From: Rickettsiales bacterium | Lineage (GTDB): Bacteria; Pseudomonadota; Alphaproteobacteria; Rickettsiales; UBA998 | DNA length: 64,000 bases | Direction: 5' to 3' | Assembly: GCA_036770365.1 (NCBI GenBank) | Contig: DAIPJH010000002.1 | Location: 33,014 to 97,013, forward strand | Shown: positions 7,642-17,119 of the stretch, in pieces | How positions within the stretch are numbered: the first letter of the stretch is position 1 | Layout: every line of letters starts with the position of its first letter | Translations under genes and position numbers: made by a program | Notes under the pieces: model-generated | Databases searched by the model: none | What the model was told of the DNA's origin: nothing | The model's input: the letters and a program-made list of their open reading frames with translations, nothing else

Positions 7642-8590
7642 GATATTTCTCCATCAACATGTCATTAAAATCTTTTCCAACGGTGGGATAAACAATATCG
7701 ACAGCCATGCCCTGCAAAAGCAGCCGTCTACTTAATTCGTTAGCGTAATATTGCCCTGCATTATCATTATCTGCAGCAATGGTTACAGACTCGATATTTT
7801 GGGGTGGAGTAAAATTGAGAATGTTACCACCAGACAAACTCCAGACAGCCCAATTAGGCTTCATACACATAAGCGACAGTGCATCTTCTGGGCCTTCTGT
7901 TACTACGATATGAGATTTTGGCGCAGCCAGACGAATTGCCGCGCCCCTTACATCACCCAAAAGCATCTTATTAGGCTTAACGCTTGCCTTACACAGTCCA
8001 TTTTGAGCCAAATAAATTCTAAGAACACCTGCAAAAACATCATCCTCTAAATCAAGACGAAATAATAGAACTGGAAATTTCTTACTACTCGGTACATGTG
8101 TAAGCGATGGTATAAAACGCATCTTCTTTTGAGCTACAGCAGACGTAGTGTTAATATTTCTAGAGCATAAATAGGTCTGAGCTAGAGTATCACAAATTGG
8201 ATATGCATTTTTCCATAAGCACCTAGCATGCTGGATACGCTTAGTTCGAGCTGATGTGGAAGCTTTTTCCAAAACTGGTGGCATCGTATCGTGCACATTG
8301 TAACTGTTATTTTTTGCCCAATTTAATGCCTCTGGAAAACTGCATTTTAATTGCCATTGGATAAGGGAAAAAACATCCCCGCCAACTTGTTGTTCATGAG
8401 AATACCATTCCCCCTCAAATGTAATGGCAAGGCTTCCTCTATTTCCAACTCGAATCTCATAAGCACTAGTTTCTTTATATTCGTTCGGAAACAACATATG
8501 CACTATGTGCTCAATATTTGAAATCAGCCTATTTTTAATCTCACTAATCAACATCGTATTTTCAAAGTTCAGTGTAATTGTGTTCGTCAT
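7634..8590 (-). CDS. toprim-domain primase-like protein
   Basis: 318 aa. The C-terminal IVVTEGPEDALSL ... VTIAADNDNAGQ gives the Toprim E ... DxD signature. Confidence 0.7.
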   Translation of the reverse strand: MTNTITLNFENTMLISEIKNRLISNIEHIVHMLFPNEYKETSAYEIRVGNRGSLAITFEGEWYSHEQQVGGDVFSLIQWQLKCSFPEALNWAKNNSYNVHDTMPPVLEKASTSARTKRIQHARCLWKNAYPICDTLAQTYLCSRNINTTSAVAQKKMRFIPSLTHVPSSKKFPVLLFRLDLEDDVFAGVLRIYLAQNGLCKASVKPNKMLLGDVRGAAIRLAAPKSHIVVTEGPEDALSLMCMKPNWAVWSLSGGNILNFTPPQNIESVTIAADNDNAGQYYANELSRRLLLQGMAVDIVYPTVGKDFNDMLMEKYHG

Positions 8591-8650
8591 CTTCTTCTCC
8601 TGAAATTAAGATTTGTTTCATATAAAACTCAATGAAATCGTAAACTTAAT

Positions 8651-8845
8651 CTAATAAGAATTAGATTTCTGGCGGTCTACCCATACAAAAAACGCTGCTT
8701 CATCAATCAGCACACGCCGACCTACTCGACGAATGCATTCATGAAATCCGTTGGTTTTTGCATAAAAAATGAGGTGTCTTAGCCCACCAATTGACGGCCA
8801 AGAGTGATGATTGTTCCATTCTGGAACAGGGATGTATTTGGTCAT
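8651..8845 (-). CDS. small HTH DNA-binding protein (excisionase/AlpA-like)
   Basis: 64 aa. RRVGRRVLIDEAAFFVWV is like the HTH_17/excisionase-type proteins of integrative elements. It is positioned between the integrase and the replication genes. Confidence 0.5.
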   Translation of the reverse strand: MTKYIPVPEWNNHHSWPSIGGLRHLIFYAKTNGFHECIRRVGRRVLIDEAAFFVWVDRQKSNSY

Positions 8846-8947
8846 GTGTTTCTCCTTAATATCAAGCTTCAGTGCTTGTGACTAAGGATATGCCCTAAAA
8901 GAACCTCTAAAAAAACGTGCGAAGGTGCGAAGCAAGTAGTTCGCAGG

Positions 8948-9625
8948 TTATGATTTCTTGCTAATTTTCTTTAGCCCACCCCTAGCAGATTCTGGTAATC
9001 GGACAAAAGTAGCCATCAACTTAACTTTATTATCAGCCGCATCTTCAAAATCCCCCCAATTATTTAGAAACCATTCACGAAGAGTATCTGCCTTTGGTTG
9101 ATTTTTATAGTCAATCTTGTTGGCTTTTATTGCAGCCTGCATTAATTCCAAATATGGCGTAGTATATTCATCCGCTGTTTTATCAGGAAGACTTTCGTAG
9201 AATATGTCTAAATCATGCTTACTAATTACAACATCACTTTTTTTAATAATAATTGGTTTTTGTTCCGCATGCCTTTTACGTTTAGAGCGACAGCAATAAG
9301 CTTTTTCCTCTTTTTCCGCATACCATTTAAATCTCGGGTCAACAATTTGATTGTCACGTGAGATAGTATAACCAGCAAACGATGTTAAGTGTAATAATTC
9401 CCTTTCTGAGTAACGAACATCTTCAGACATAAATTGCACATCATGCCCATCAACTTTAATAGGTAGGAAATATTCCAGCCACCATCCTAGGCTTAAAACA
9501 GTTGCTCGTAACTTGGATGTTTCAATGTAATGCCACACATCTTCCTCGGTGCATTTTAATATTTTTGCACATTCAGAAACAGGGTAGTAATTCCTCTCAG
9601 GAAGTTTCTTGTATTTATACTTCAT
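8948..9625 (-). CDS. hypothetical protein with N-terminal HTH-like segment
   Basis: 225 aa. YPVSECAKILKCTEEDVWHYIETSKL is HTH-like. The ORF overlaps the integrase 3' end by 11 nt. No family was recognised. Confidence 0.4.
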   Translation of the reverse strand: MKYKYKKLPERNYYPVSECAKILKCTEEDVWHYIETSKLRATVLSLGWWLEYFLPIKVDGHDVQFMSEDVRYSERELLHLTSFAGYTISRDNQIVDPRFKWYAEKEEKAYCCRSKRKRHAEQKPIIIKKSDVVISKHDLDIFYESLPDKTADEYTTPYLELMQAAIKANKIDYKNQPKADTLREWFLNNWGDFEDAADNKVKLMATFVRLPESARGGLKKISKKS

Positions 9626-10691
9626 GTTTTTTATCCTTAAAAATCTTATCGTTCATGCTTTCAACTACTTTGGACGTATGGCTCTCTGCAAGATGTGCAT
9701 AGCGTTTAACCATTTGAAGGGTTTTGTGCCCCAATACCTCTGCAATCTCTGAGGTACTTGCTCCATTCATAGCCAGATAAGAGGCGGCACAATGGCGTAA
9801 ATCATGGAACCTGAAATCTTCAATCTTTGCTCGTTTTAGTGCTGTTTCCCATGCTCTTTTAATTTCTATGGGCTGGCAGATTTTCTCACTTGGAAAAACA
9901 AAATCACAGTTTGAGTTTCGCTGCTCAAAATGCGCTTTCATTAAATCATACGCATACCCTTTCAAAGGCAATGAACGACGCTCATCATTTTTTGTTTCAT
10001 TCAATGTGACTCTTCCACGCACTAAATCCACATCTTTCCATTTGATATGAAGAATCTCGCTTTTTCTTGCCCCTGTGCTAAGCGCAAGAACAACAATGAC
10101 ATAAAGGTGGGGATTATCACTTTGATGACATGCCACGAGTAAACGCTCACGTTCATCATCATCAAGAAAACGTACTCTCCCTCTATTTTCAGGAAACTTT
10201 GACACCTTTCGAACTGGATTTTCCTGAACCCATTCCCAATCATTGATGGCAATGGTATAAACAGCTCCCAACGCTGTCATGTAGCGATTGGCTGTTGTTG
10301 CCCCTCGCGTGCGCTTGGTATCCGAGGTGCTATCGAATAACTTGCTTCGATGTTCTGCAATCAATGAAGAAGTAATATTAGATAACGAATACTCGCCAAT
10401 TTGATTCTTCCACCAATTCAAATAACCTCTTTGATTGGCGGTACTCTTCTTTTTGGTTGGTAGTATCTCAGAAATGTAGCGATCAATCATATCTGCTACG
10501 GTTTTTTTCTTGGCTTCCGTATTTTTGAAATATCGGCGTTCACGCATAGAGGCTTCAGTTGCCTGCGCCCACTTCTTTGCATCCGTTTTACGTTCAAAAG
10601 TAGCCGTTTCGGCTGGATAACCCTTTATCCTCACCTTAACCTGATAGGTAAGCTCGCCTCGGCTATTTTTGCGCTCAATGATGGTAGCCAT
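9615..10691 (-). CDS. tyrosine-type site-specific integrase
   Basis: 358 aa. ALSTGARKSEIL (Arg box), FRFHDLRHCAASYLAMNG and LGHKTLQMVKRYAHL (HxxR ... Y) give the catalytic signature. The start codon is 76 bp from the tRNA 3' end. Confidence 0.9.
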   Translation of the reverse strand: MATIIERKNSRGELTYQVKVRIKGYPAETATFERKTDAKKWAQATEASMRERRYFKNTEAKKKTVADMIDRYISEILPTKKKSTANQRGYLNWWKNQIGEYSLSNITSSLIAEHRSKLFDSTSDTKRTRGATTANRYMTALGAVYTIAINDWEWVQENPVRKVSKFPENRGRVRFLDDDERERLLVACHQSDNPHLYVIVVLALSTGARKSEILHIKWKDVDLVRGRVTLNETKNDERRSLPLKGYAYDLMKAHFEQRNSNCDFVFPSEKICQPIEIKRAWETALKRAKIEDFRFHDLRHCAASYLAMNGASTSEIAEVLGHKTLQMVKRYAHLAESHTSKVVESMNDKIFKDKKHEV

Positions 10692-10767
10692 TTGTCATTT
10701 ACTGTCCCATGAGTGTCCCATAGAACAAAAATCTAACTCTTATATCTGGCTAAGTCTATGAAAAGTT

Positions 10768-10947
<180 letters not shown>

Positions 10948-11234
10948 AAAGAGTTTAAAAAAAACTCAATGAAACAATAAAAAAGCGTGTTTCTCGCCGA
11001 AACCAACCAGAACATTTAAAAACTAAATAGGTGCTGAATGGAGGGTGTTCATAGCGCAGTCACCCACAATAAGCAAGCTTAAAAGCTTTACATGGTGCTT
11101 TAACTTTACAATTTCCCATTCTTTAAGAAGATTATAAAGTTATAAAGCACTATAAATTCATGAAATTAAGCCGTTTAACTTTTTATAAAACCGCCACTAT
11201 TAAGTTAAGCAACTATATTCTAAAGATATATCTT

Positions 11235-13088
11235 TTAGAAATTCATTGAAGCATTCGCAGATGGCACTTGCACCTGAGAAACAGCAACATTGTGTGCCAC
11301 TACCGTATTTTGTGGTACATTAGACGCCAAGGTTACGCCGTGTTGTTGACATGTTCCTGACACACAACATGGTTTTACTTTTGATGCACCTTGTGCATCC
11401 ACGATCACACGCTGCGCCTCTTCATACGCTTGTTGGTGGATCTGCTGTTCGTTCTGCGCCCGCACACGCAAGGACTGAAGTTCCTCGCGCACATGTGGCA
11501 TATAAATCTGCTCATAAATTGCAGTGGTATTCGGCACAATGAATTGCAACATTTCTGGATTATCTTTTAAGCGGACATAACGCAGTTCAGCGTAACGCGA
11601 ATTAATCTCCTGAAAACGACTTTCTGACGAATGATACCCGCCAGTATAGTAGGTTTCACTACCAATTTGCAGCCGTTCATGTGCATGCTGCACCATATTG
11701 AAGAAAGTTTCCATGCTCGCACCTTGCAAAGACTGCGTAAGGGTTTTACCATTTACACTGAATTCTGGAGTGTTAAGCTGCGTGGTGATGCGCTGACGCG
11801 TTGCTTCATCTCCCGTTTTCCACGTATCCATCAAGGATTTTAATACGCCAAGACGCTGTGCTTCAGCCTTTGAAAGTGCATCCACTGTCTCGATTTCTTG
11901 TTTAGTAAACCGATTTGGCAACAGCAAATGATGCGCTTCATGCACCACCACACGCGAAAATTCTTCTGCATCATGCTTTGCCGCGACAAAAATCATATAC
12001 ACACCGTTTACATCATCAGGATTTTGCTTCACGCAACGATGAAATCCATACGCATTGGATTTAGGAGCAAGCGCATCCACTGTGACTTCTGGGGTATAAG
12101 CAAAGTCTGTCTTCAGTAGGTATAATGTTTCCGCAAGTTCGGCTGGCAATAACCGCAACGCCGCGAGCATCTTCTGCTCACATTCCGCGACGTGAGGTGG
12201 CGTTTCTTTGTTGACGGAAGTCGCCATCACAGACTGCCACTTGGCATCCACTCGAGCATCTAACCCCGCAGCGACTCGCTCTGCAACACCTGCCGCTTCC
12301 ATACCTGCCAATGCGCCTCCAGCCTTCCAACTTTGGATCATATTGGCAGAGAAATGGTGATCGGAAAGATAATTAGTCAAACGCGTAACATCACCGAGAT
12401 ACTGTTCACTCACACCAAGTAACCGCCCCACACCAACAACACCCTCTAGCTTTGCGGCTTTTTCAAATTCGGGGGTCGAGACCCCTAATTCCCGCGACAA
12501 ACGCACTACCAACGCATCAGGGGTTTTGGAATCGGCAGCAAATTGATAGGGCTTTTCAGCATAACCACGAAGACGCAATGCCTCTTCTACGATCAAATAC
12601 ATCCCTAAGGCATTTTTTGCCTGTTCCACCATCTCTGGGTGACGACGTGCATCTTTTTTTTCATCCAGATATTTACTGATCACGGCAGCAAACGGCTGAT
12701 CTTGATTTGTTAACTCCTCTTCCACTTCAGGAGAAACACCCTTCGTCTTATGCAGCAAAAGATTAGTCTGCCGACGCGCTACCATCGCAGCTTCTGCTTC
12801 TAAACTAAGCGGCACAAGGCTTCCGAGCAGATTCGCCACGGGTGCTTTATTCGTATCAGCAAAAAAACTCGGATAGTCCATCTTATAGGCCATGCGAATC
12901 TTGTCCGTCACCGCCACGGCATTTTCTGGCTTAATGTCATCGGGGTGAATCAGCAATAAAGGGTCTTTAGGATCAATCAAGGAGTGATGCTGGATATGGA
13001 TATGACGATCACGCAAGATATCAGATACATCAAACCCCTGCACAGGATGAGAATTCATCATTGGTATTTGAGCTATTGTTTGATTCAT
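11235..13088 (-). CDS. hypothetical 617-aa protein with a single HExxH zinc-metalloprotease-type motif
   Basis: Long track ORF. VVVHEAHHLLLP is the only recognisable motif. There is no signal peptide or TM segment obvious by eye, and the C-terminus is Gln/Val-rich. Confidence 0.55.
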   Translation of the reverse strand: MNQTIAQIPMMNSHPVQGFDVSDILRDRHIHIQHHSLIDPKDPLLLIHPDDIKPENAVAVTDKIRMAYKMDYPSFFADTNKAPVANLLGSLVPLSLEAEAAMVARRQTNLLLHKTKGVSPEVEEELTNQDQPFAAVISKYLDEKKDARRHPEMVEQAKNALGMYLIVEEALRLRGYAEKPYQFAADSKTPDALVVRLSRELGVSTPEFEKAAKLEGVVGVGRLLGVSEQYLGDVTRLTNYLSDHHFSANMIQSWKAGGALAGMEAAGVAERVAAGLDARVDAKWQSVMATSVNKETPPHVAECEQKMLAALRLLPAELAETLYLLKTDFAYTPEVTVDALAPKSNAYGFHRCVKQNPDDVNGVYMIFVAAKHDAEEFSRVVVHEAHHLLLPNRFTKQEIETVDALSKAEAQRLGVLKSLMDTWKTGDEATRQRITTQLNTPEFSVNGKTLTQSLQGASMETFFNMVQHAHERLQIGSETYYTGGYHSSESRFQEINSRYAELRYVRLKDNPEMLQFIVPNTTAIYEQIYMPHVREELQSLRVRAQNEQQIHQQAYEEAQRVIVDAQGASKVKPCCVSGTCQQHGVTLASNVPQNTVVAHNVAVSQVQVPSANASMNF

Positions 13089-13182
13089 CTGGCGAACTCC
13101 ACGTCAACTTAAGTGGATACTATAGCATAAAATCGCTCAAGAATTATGACAAGATGATGAAGTTTTATAGCATTATGAAATC

Positions 13183-13206
13183 AAAAAAAAGCCACCCGAA
13201 GGTGGC
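13183..13206 (-). terminator. Rho-independent terminator for the 13217..13795 gene
   Basis: The minus strand reads GCCACC-TTCG-GGTGGC followed by TTTTTTTT, 11 nt after the stop codon. Confidence 0.85.
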
Positions 13207-13216
13207 TTAATTGACT

Positions 13217-13795
13217 TCAGACCGCCTCGCTAAACCAAACATTTGCCGCATCATCCAACAATGGGCGCAAATCTTTTCGTATGTCTTTGCCGGTCATAAC
13301 CACCCTTATTTGAGGAGATATCCACATAAAATACCGTCGAACCAATCCAAAAAACCTTGGGCTAAGCTCTTCCACCTCCACAAGCTGAAGCACGTAGAAC
13401 GCATAACCAAGCTTTGGAATACCCTCAGCACCGTTAATGCGCAACTTGAAAGCTAAGGCATTTAATTGATCACTGTATGCCCACACAAGCCGCTGCAAAC
13501 TACGCACCTCTGCACCACAAGGAACATCACTATTGCGAATGTACCTCATGCCATTTTTTTGTTTAAAAATACCGTCCATTTCTACGCAAGGATGAAGGCT
13601 CAATGTTCCTTTATCGCTTACAACACGACATGAAACCACTCGATCCCCTATCTTCACGTTCAAAAACAGTTTCTTTTCCTTCATGACATAACGTCGATTT
13701 GCCACGACACGCTCCTTAAAATAAGCGCAAGCCAAAAAACCATCACCCGACAAGGTGACGACGAACTCAAAGCGGGAAGCTTCAAGGTATTTCAC
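13217..13795 (-). CDS. hypothetical protein (192 aa, GTG start)
   Basis: Track ORF followed by a clean terminator. No family was recognised. Confidence 0.45.
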   Translation of the reverse strand: MKYLEASRFEFVVTLSGDGFLACAYFKERVVANRRYVMKEKKLFLNVKIGDRVVSCRVVSDKGTLSLHPCVEMDGIFKQKNGMRYIRNSDVPCGAEVRSLQRLVWAYSDQLNALAFKLRINGAEGIPKLGYAFYVLQLVEVEELSPRFFGLVRRYFMWISPQIRVVMTGKDIRKDLRPLLDDAANVWFSEAV

Positions 13796-13905
13796 AATGA
13801 GACACTGAAATCAGTCAACATTGTACAAAAAGGAACAGGACCAATTTAGCATGACAAAAACACAAAAAGTGTGACAGTTTTATGAAAAAATTCTGCACTT
13901 TACAC

Positions 13906-14730
13906 TCACAATTTTACGGGCGATTTCCAACCCGTACAGGTCACCAACTCCACCGTGGCAGTAATGCGCCCTTCCGCGTCGAGGTAATCTTGCTGATAAA
14001 GCTGCGCCGCATACATCAACACATCACGACGCGTCATGGTTTTATGACGCTGCAACAAGGTATTGGTTTCGCCCATACCACGAATTTCTCGCATAAGTGC
14101 GAACATATCGCCGTAACTTATTGTCAAGATCTCACTATCTGCGACAGGCAATTCAAACCCTATTCGCGCCAACAAATCTCCTGCATCACGCACGTCCACA
14201 AAAGGCAACACCCGCGGACTCACCCCACCCGTCACTTCAATTTCAGCACGTGTTAACACATCCCGTAATTCGTGTAACGTTTGACCACCATACAGCACAA
14301 CAAGCATCAGCCCTTCTGGCTTGAGCGCACGTTTGATTTGTGCGAATACACCCGCTACATCATTAGCATGATGTAATCCAAGCGCACTGGTAATAACATC
14401 AATGCTATCATCACGAAGCGGCAACCATTCCTCATCCGAAACAATTTTTGTACATGAAGAATCCACCTGCATTATCATGGCATGACTGCTATCTAATACC
14501 AACCATTCCCGCACTTTTCCAAACAGTGCCGCTTGCGCCATCACCTGCCCATGATGCGCACCAACATCACACCCTAAGTTAAAACTGCGCGTCGTATCTG
14601 CAAGCTTTTCTGCAATATTTTCCGCCGCGATTACCTTAATGAAATCATGCTCCACAAAACGCGCCGCACTACGTGCGCGCTGAACTCTTACGATCTTTTT
14701 ATCAAATAATAGTGGTGTCTGAGCTGTCAT
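13906..14730 (-). CDS. class I SAM-dependent methyltransferase (NDUFAF5/BioC-like, conserved in alphaproteobacteria)
   Basis: 274 aa. It has the motif I-like LGCDVGAHHGQV, plus IDVITSALGLHHANDV and LKPEGLMLVVLYG. Confidence 0.8.
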   Translation of the reverse strand: MTAQTPLLFDKKIVRVQRARSAARFVEHDFIKVIAAENIAEKLADTTRSFNLGCDVGAHHGQVMAQAALFGKVREWLVLDSSHAMIMQVDSSCTKIVSDEEWLPLRDDSIDVITSALGLHHANDVAGVFAQIKRALKPEGLMLVVLYGGQTLHELRDVLTRAEIEVTGGVSPRVLPFVDVRDAGDLLARIGFELPVADSEILTISYGDMFALMREIRGMGETNTLLQRHKTMTRRDVLMYAAQLYQQDYLDAEGRITATVELVTCTGWKSPVKL

Positions 14731-14790
14731 ACCAGAACCATACTCAGAAATTAATACCTTGCAACCCTTATGCTTACCTCATAATCCCTA

Positions 14791-14834
14791 TTGACTTTAT
14801 AGGAATTAAAGCCTATAAGAATTATAGGAATTAA
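14791..14834 (+). promoter_or_regulatory. sigma70-type promoter (TTGACT-17 nt-TATAAG) overlapped by repeats/palindrome; probable Rrf2 autoregulatory operator
   Basis: The -35 is at 14791-14796 and the -10 at 14814-14819. The direct repeat TATAGGAATTAA sits at 14798-14809 and 14823-14834. The palindrome CCTATAA-N3-TTATAGG at 14812-14828 covers the -10. Confidence 0.4.
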
Positions 14835-14861
14835 CGACACTGCGGTAAAGCCATGCTTTCC

Positions 14862-15293
14862 ATGAAGTCTAAATATGCACTGCGCGCCCTCATCGTCATG
14901 GCAACCCATGAGCGCAAAATGTTACAATCCAAAGTAATTGCGCAAGAAGCTGATGTTCCTCCTAAATTTTTAGAAGCCATCCTCACCGAACTACGCAACA
15001 AAGGCATTGTAGATAGTAAGCGCGGCATCTTTGGCGGCTATTTTTTACCTTGCCCACCTTCTGAAATTATTATTGGGGATGTTATTCGCATCCTTGATGG
15101 CACAATCGCACCGCTACGCTGTGCCAGCACATCAGATTACAAGCGATGCGATGATTGTGTAGATGAAGAGGCCTGTGTGATTCGACGGCTCATGCTAACG
15201 GTACGAAGTGCCATCTCCGGCGTGTTGGATGGTCACTCACTTGCCACATTACTCACGCTCTCGCCAAAACAACATCAACATATTTTTTGGTAA
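14862..15293 (+). CDS. Rrf2-family transcriptional regulator (Cys-containing, IscR/NsrR-like)
   Basis: MKSKYALRALIVMA is a typical Rrf2 N-terminus. A Cys cluster reads CASTSDYKRCDDCVDEEAC. The track ORF starts at 14853, and the second ATG (14862) gives the canonical N-terminus. Confidence 0.85.
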   Translation: MKSKYALRALIVMATHERKMLQSKVIAQEADVPPKFLEAILTELRNKGIVDSKRGIFGGYFLPCPPSEIIIGDVIRILDGTIAPLRCASTSDYKRCDDCVDEEACVIRRLMLTVRSAISGVLDGHSLATLLTLSPKQHQHIFW

Positions 15294-15314
15294 TCACCGC
15301 AAGGAGTCTGCACC

Positions 15315-15578
15315 ATGCATTTACTTATTCGCCTTAAACAACTTTTTACAGCTCATCCCGCGTCCATCGAAGAAACATACTTGATCCATTTATGGTTTAC
15401 GTTACAAATGGCAACGCGCTTCTTCCTTATCAGCAGTGCTATTCTTATTCATGGACTTTTCCCCTTTCTGTTCACTACAACTGCTAGCCGCAAGGTCGCG
15501 GAAGCCTTCGATATCATGAAGACTCGTACGCCAAAAAATAATGCAACACCCAACCTCACCACTCCCCATGCGCACTAA
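15315..15578 (+). CDS. small membrane protein (DUF6356-like)
   Basis: 87 aa. HPASIEETYLIHL ... LIHGLFPFLFTTTASRKV matches my recollection of the DUF6356 family. Confidence 0.5.
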   Translation: MHLLIRLKQLFTAHPASIEETYLIHLWFTLQMATRFFLISSAILIHGLFPFLFTTTASRKVAEAFDIMKTRTPKNNATPNLTTPHAH

Positions 15579-17100
15579 CATCCTAGAAAAGCATCTACTA
15601 AAAGACATCGCCATTATCGGTGGAGGCTTTAGCGGCGCGCTCACACTCGCAAATCTCGTACAACAAGCAAACCGCCCCCTAAGTATTGTTTGGTATGAAG
15701 CCTCAACACCAGAAACGTTAGGCAAGGGCGTTGCCTATAACACACCCGACATAGCACATTTACTCAATGTACGCACCTCCCGCATGGGTGCGTTTGCTGA
15801 CGACCCTGAAGGGTTTCTGATATGGCTACAAAGTTCGCAAGGACAAGATGCCATTCAAACACTTTGCCCAACATGGACAGTAGATGGTGAGGCTTATGCC
15901 CCACGTGCGCTATACGGTCTTTACCTACAAGATATTATCACTGAAACCCTTAAACTTGCTGAAAAGAAAAAGATTGCCGTTGAGCGTGTTCACGCCAACA
16001 TTCACGCCATCATCCCCTATACCTCCGATAAAGAACGACCCTGCCTTGCTTTGCTTATGGCAAAAGCAGAACAACATCATGTCCGCATTGCAGCGCTTGC
16101 CACAGGCAATGTTCCGCCTAAACGCTTTGCATTTGAACGAAACTTGATCCGAGGCTACCACCGCTACCTCCCATCGCTCTGGCATCCTAACGCCATAACA
16201 TACCTCTCCGCCATCGAAACCTTAGATGCACAAAGTCATCTGATTATCATCGGCACGGGACTCACGATGGTAGATGCGATCACTAGCCTCTACCAACGCG
16301 GCTTTAAAGGCCATATCACCGCCATCTCGCGTCATGGCTGGCTACCGTGTGAACATAACCACCACGCAAACACGCATGGATATGCATGGACGTGGCAACA
16401 ACAGCCCACACTTGCGCCCCGCACTGCACGGAGCTTGCTACAAGCCATAAGAGTCGAAATCTCTTGCGCATACAATGAGGGCTATGATTGGCGAAGTGTT
16501 ATTGATAGCATACGCCCCATCACACATCTACTCTGGCAACAACTCCCCATACTTGAACAACAACGCTTTATGCGCCATCTCTTCGCATTATGGAGCATTG
16601 TTCGCCATCGTATGCCACCTCATTCAGCATCCCTCTTATCCCGCATGACACAAGAGGGGCAATTAACTATTATTGCGGGGCGTATTCTGGATGTTACCGC
16701 AACAACACGCAACCTTCCCGTACAGGTCACCTACCAAGAACGCGGCGCATTTAATTTCTCACAACAGCACGCCGACTATATTATCAACTGTACTGGCCCA
16801 CATTTTGATATCTCTTTAAACCCACATCCTTTGTGGAAACAAATGATAAAGGACGGAGTGGTAAAACCAGATGCACTCCGCGCAGGCATTGCCACCGTGA
16901 GCGATCACAGCGCAGAGGGACTCGCACAGCACCATCTCTATCCTCTTGGCGCATTGCGCGTCGGATCATTACTAGAATCCATTGCTGTCCCTGAACTACG
17001 AGAACAAGCACAACATACCGCCAAACAAATGCTCTTACGCATACACACATTACACGACCAAGAACGTCGTCATCATCTAATGATGGGTGCGTGGATCTAA
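15568..17100 (+). CDS. FAD/NAD(P)-binding protein (PF13454-like)
   Basis: DIAIIGGGFSGAL is a dinucleotide-binding motif near the N-terminus, and IINCTGP lies near the C-terminal third. The track ORF begins at 15541; I prefer ATG 15568 (MRTNILEK), which gives an 11-nt overlap with the upstream gene. Confidence 0.7.
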   Translation: MRTNILEKHLLKDIAIIGGGFSGALTLANLVQQANRPLSIVWYEASTPETLGKGVAYNTPDIAHLLNVRTSRMGAFADDPEGFLIWLQSSQGQDAIQTLCPTWTVDGEAYAPRALYGLYLQDIITETLKLAEKKKIAVERVHANIHAIIPYTSDKERPCLALLMAKAEQHHVRIAALATGNVPPKRFAFERNLIRGYHRYLPSLWHPNAITYLSAIETLDAQSHLIIIGTGLTMVDAITSLYQRGFKGHITAISRHGWLPCEHNHHANTHGYAWTWQQQPTLAPRTARSLLQAIRVEISCAYNEGYDWRSVIDSIRPITHLLWQQLPILEQQRFMRHLFALWSIVRHRMPPHSASLLSRMTQEGQLTIIAGRILDVTATTRNLPVQVTYQERGAFNFSQQHADYIINCTGPHFDISLNPHPLWKQMIKDGVVKPDALRAGIATVSDHSAEGLAQHHLYPLGALRVGSLLESIAVPELREQAQHTAKQMLLRIHTLHDQERRHHLMMGAWI

Positions 17101-17119
17101 ACCCATACACACTATTTTC

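Larger units (their letters stand above)
1..10767. mobile_element. tRNA-fMet-associated genomic island (integrative, P4-satellite-like backbone); the left end is outside the window
   Basis: An integrase sits next to the tRNA 3' end, with Xis-like, toprim and DUF3987 genes. The sequence is visibly AT-richer than the flanking core (judged by eye). There are no housekeeping genes. Confidence 0.75.
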
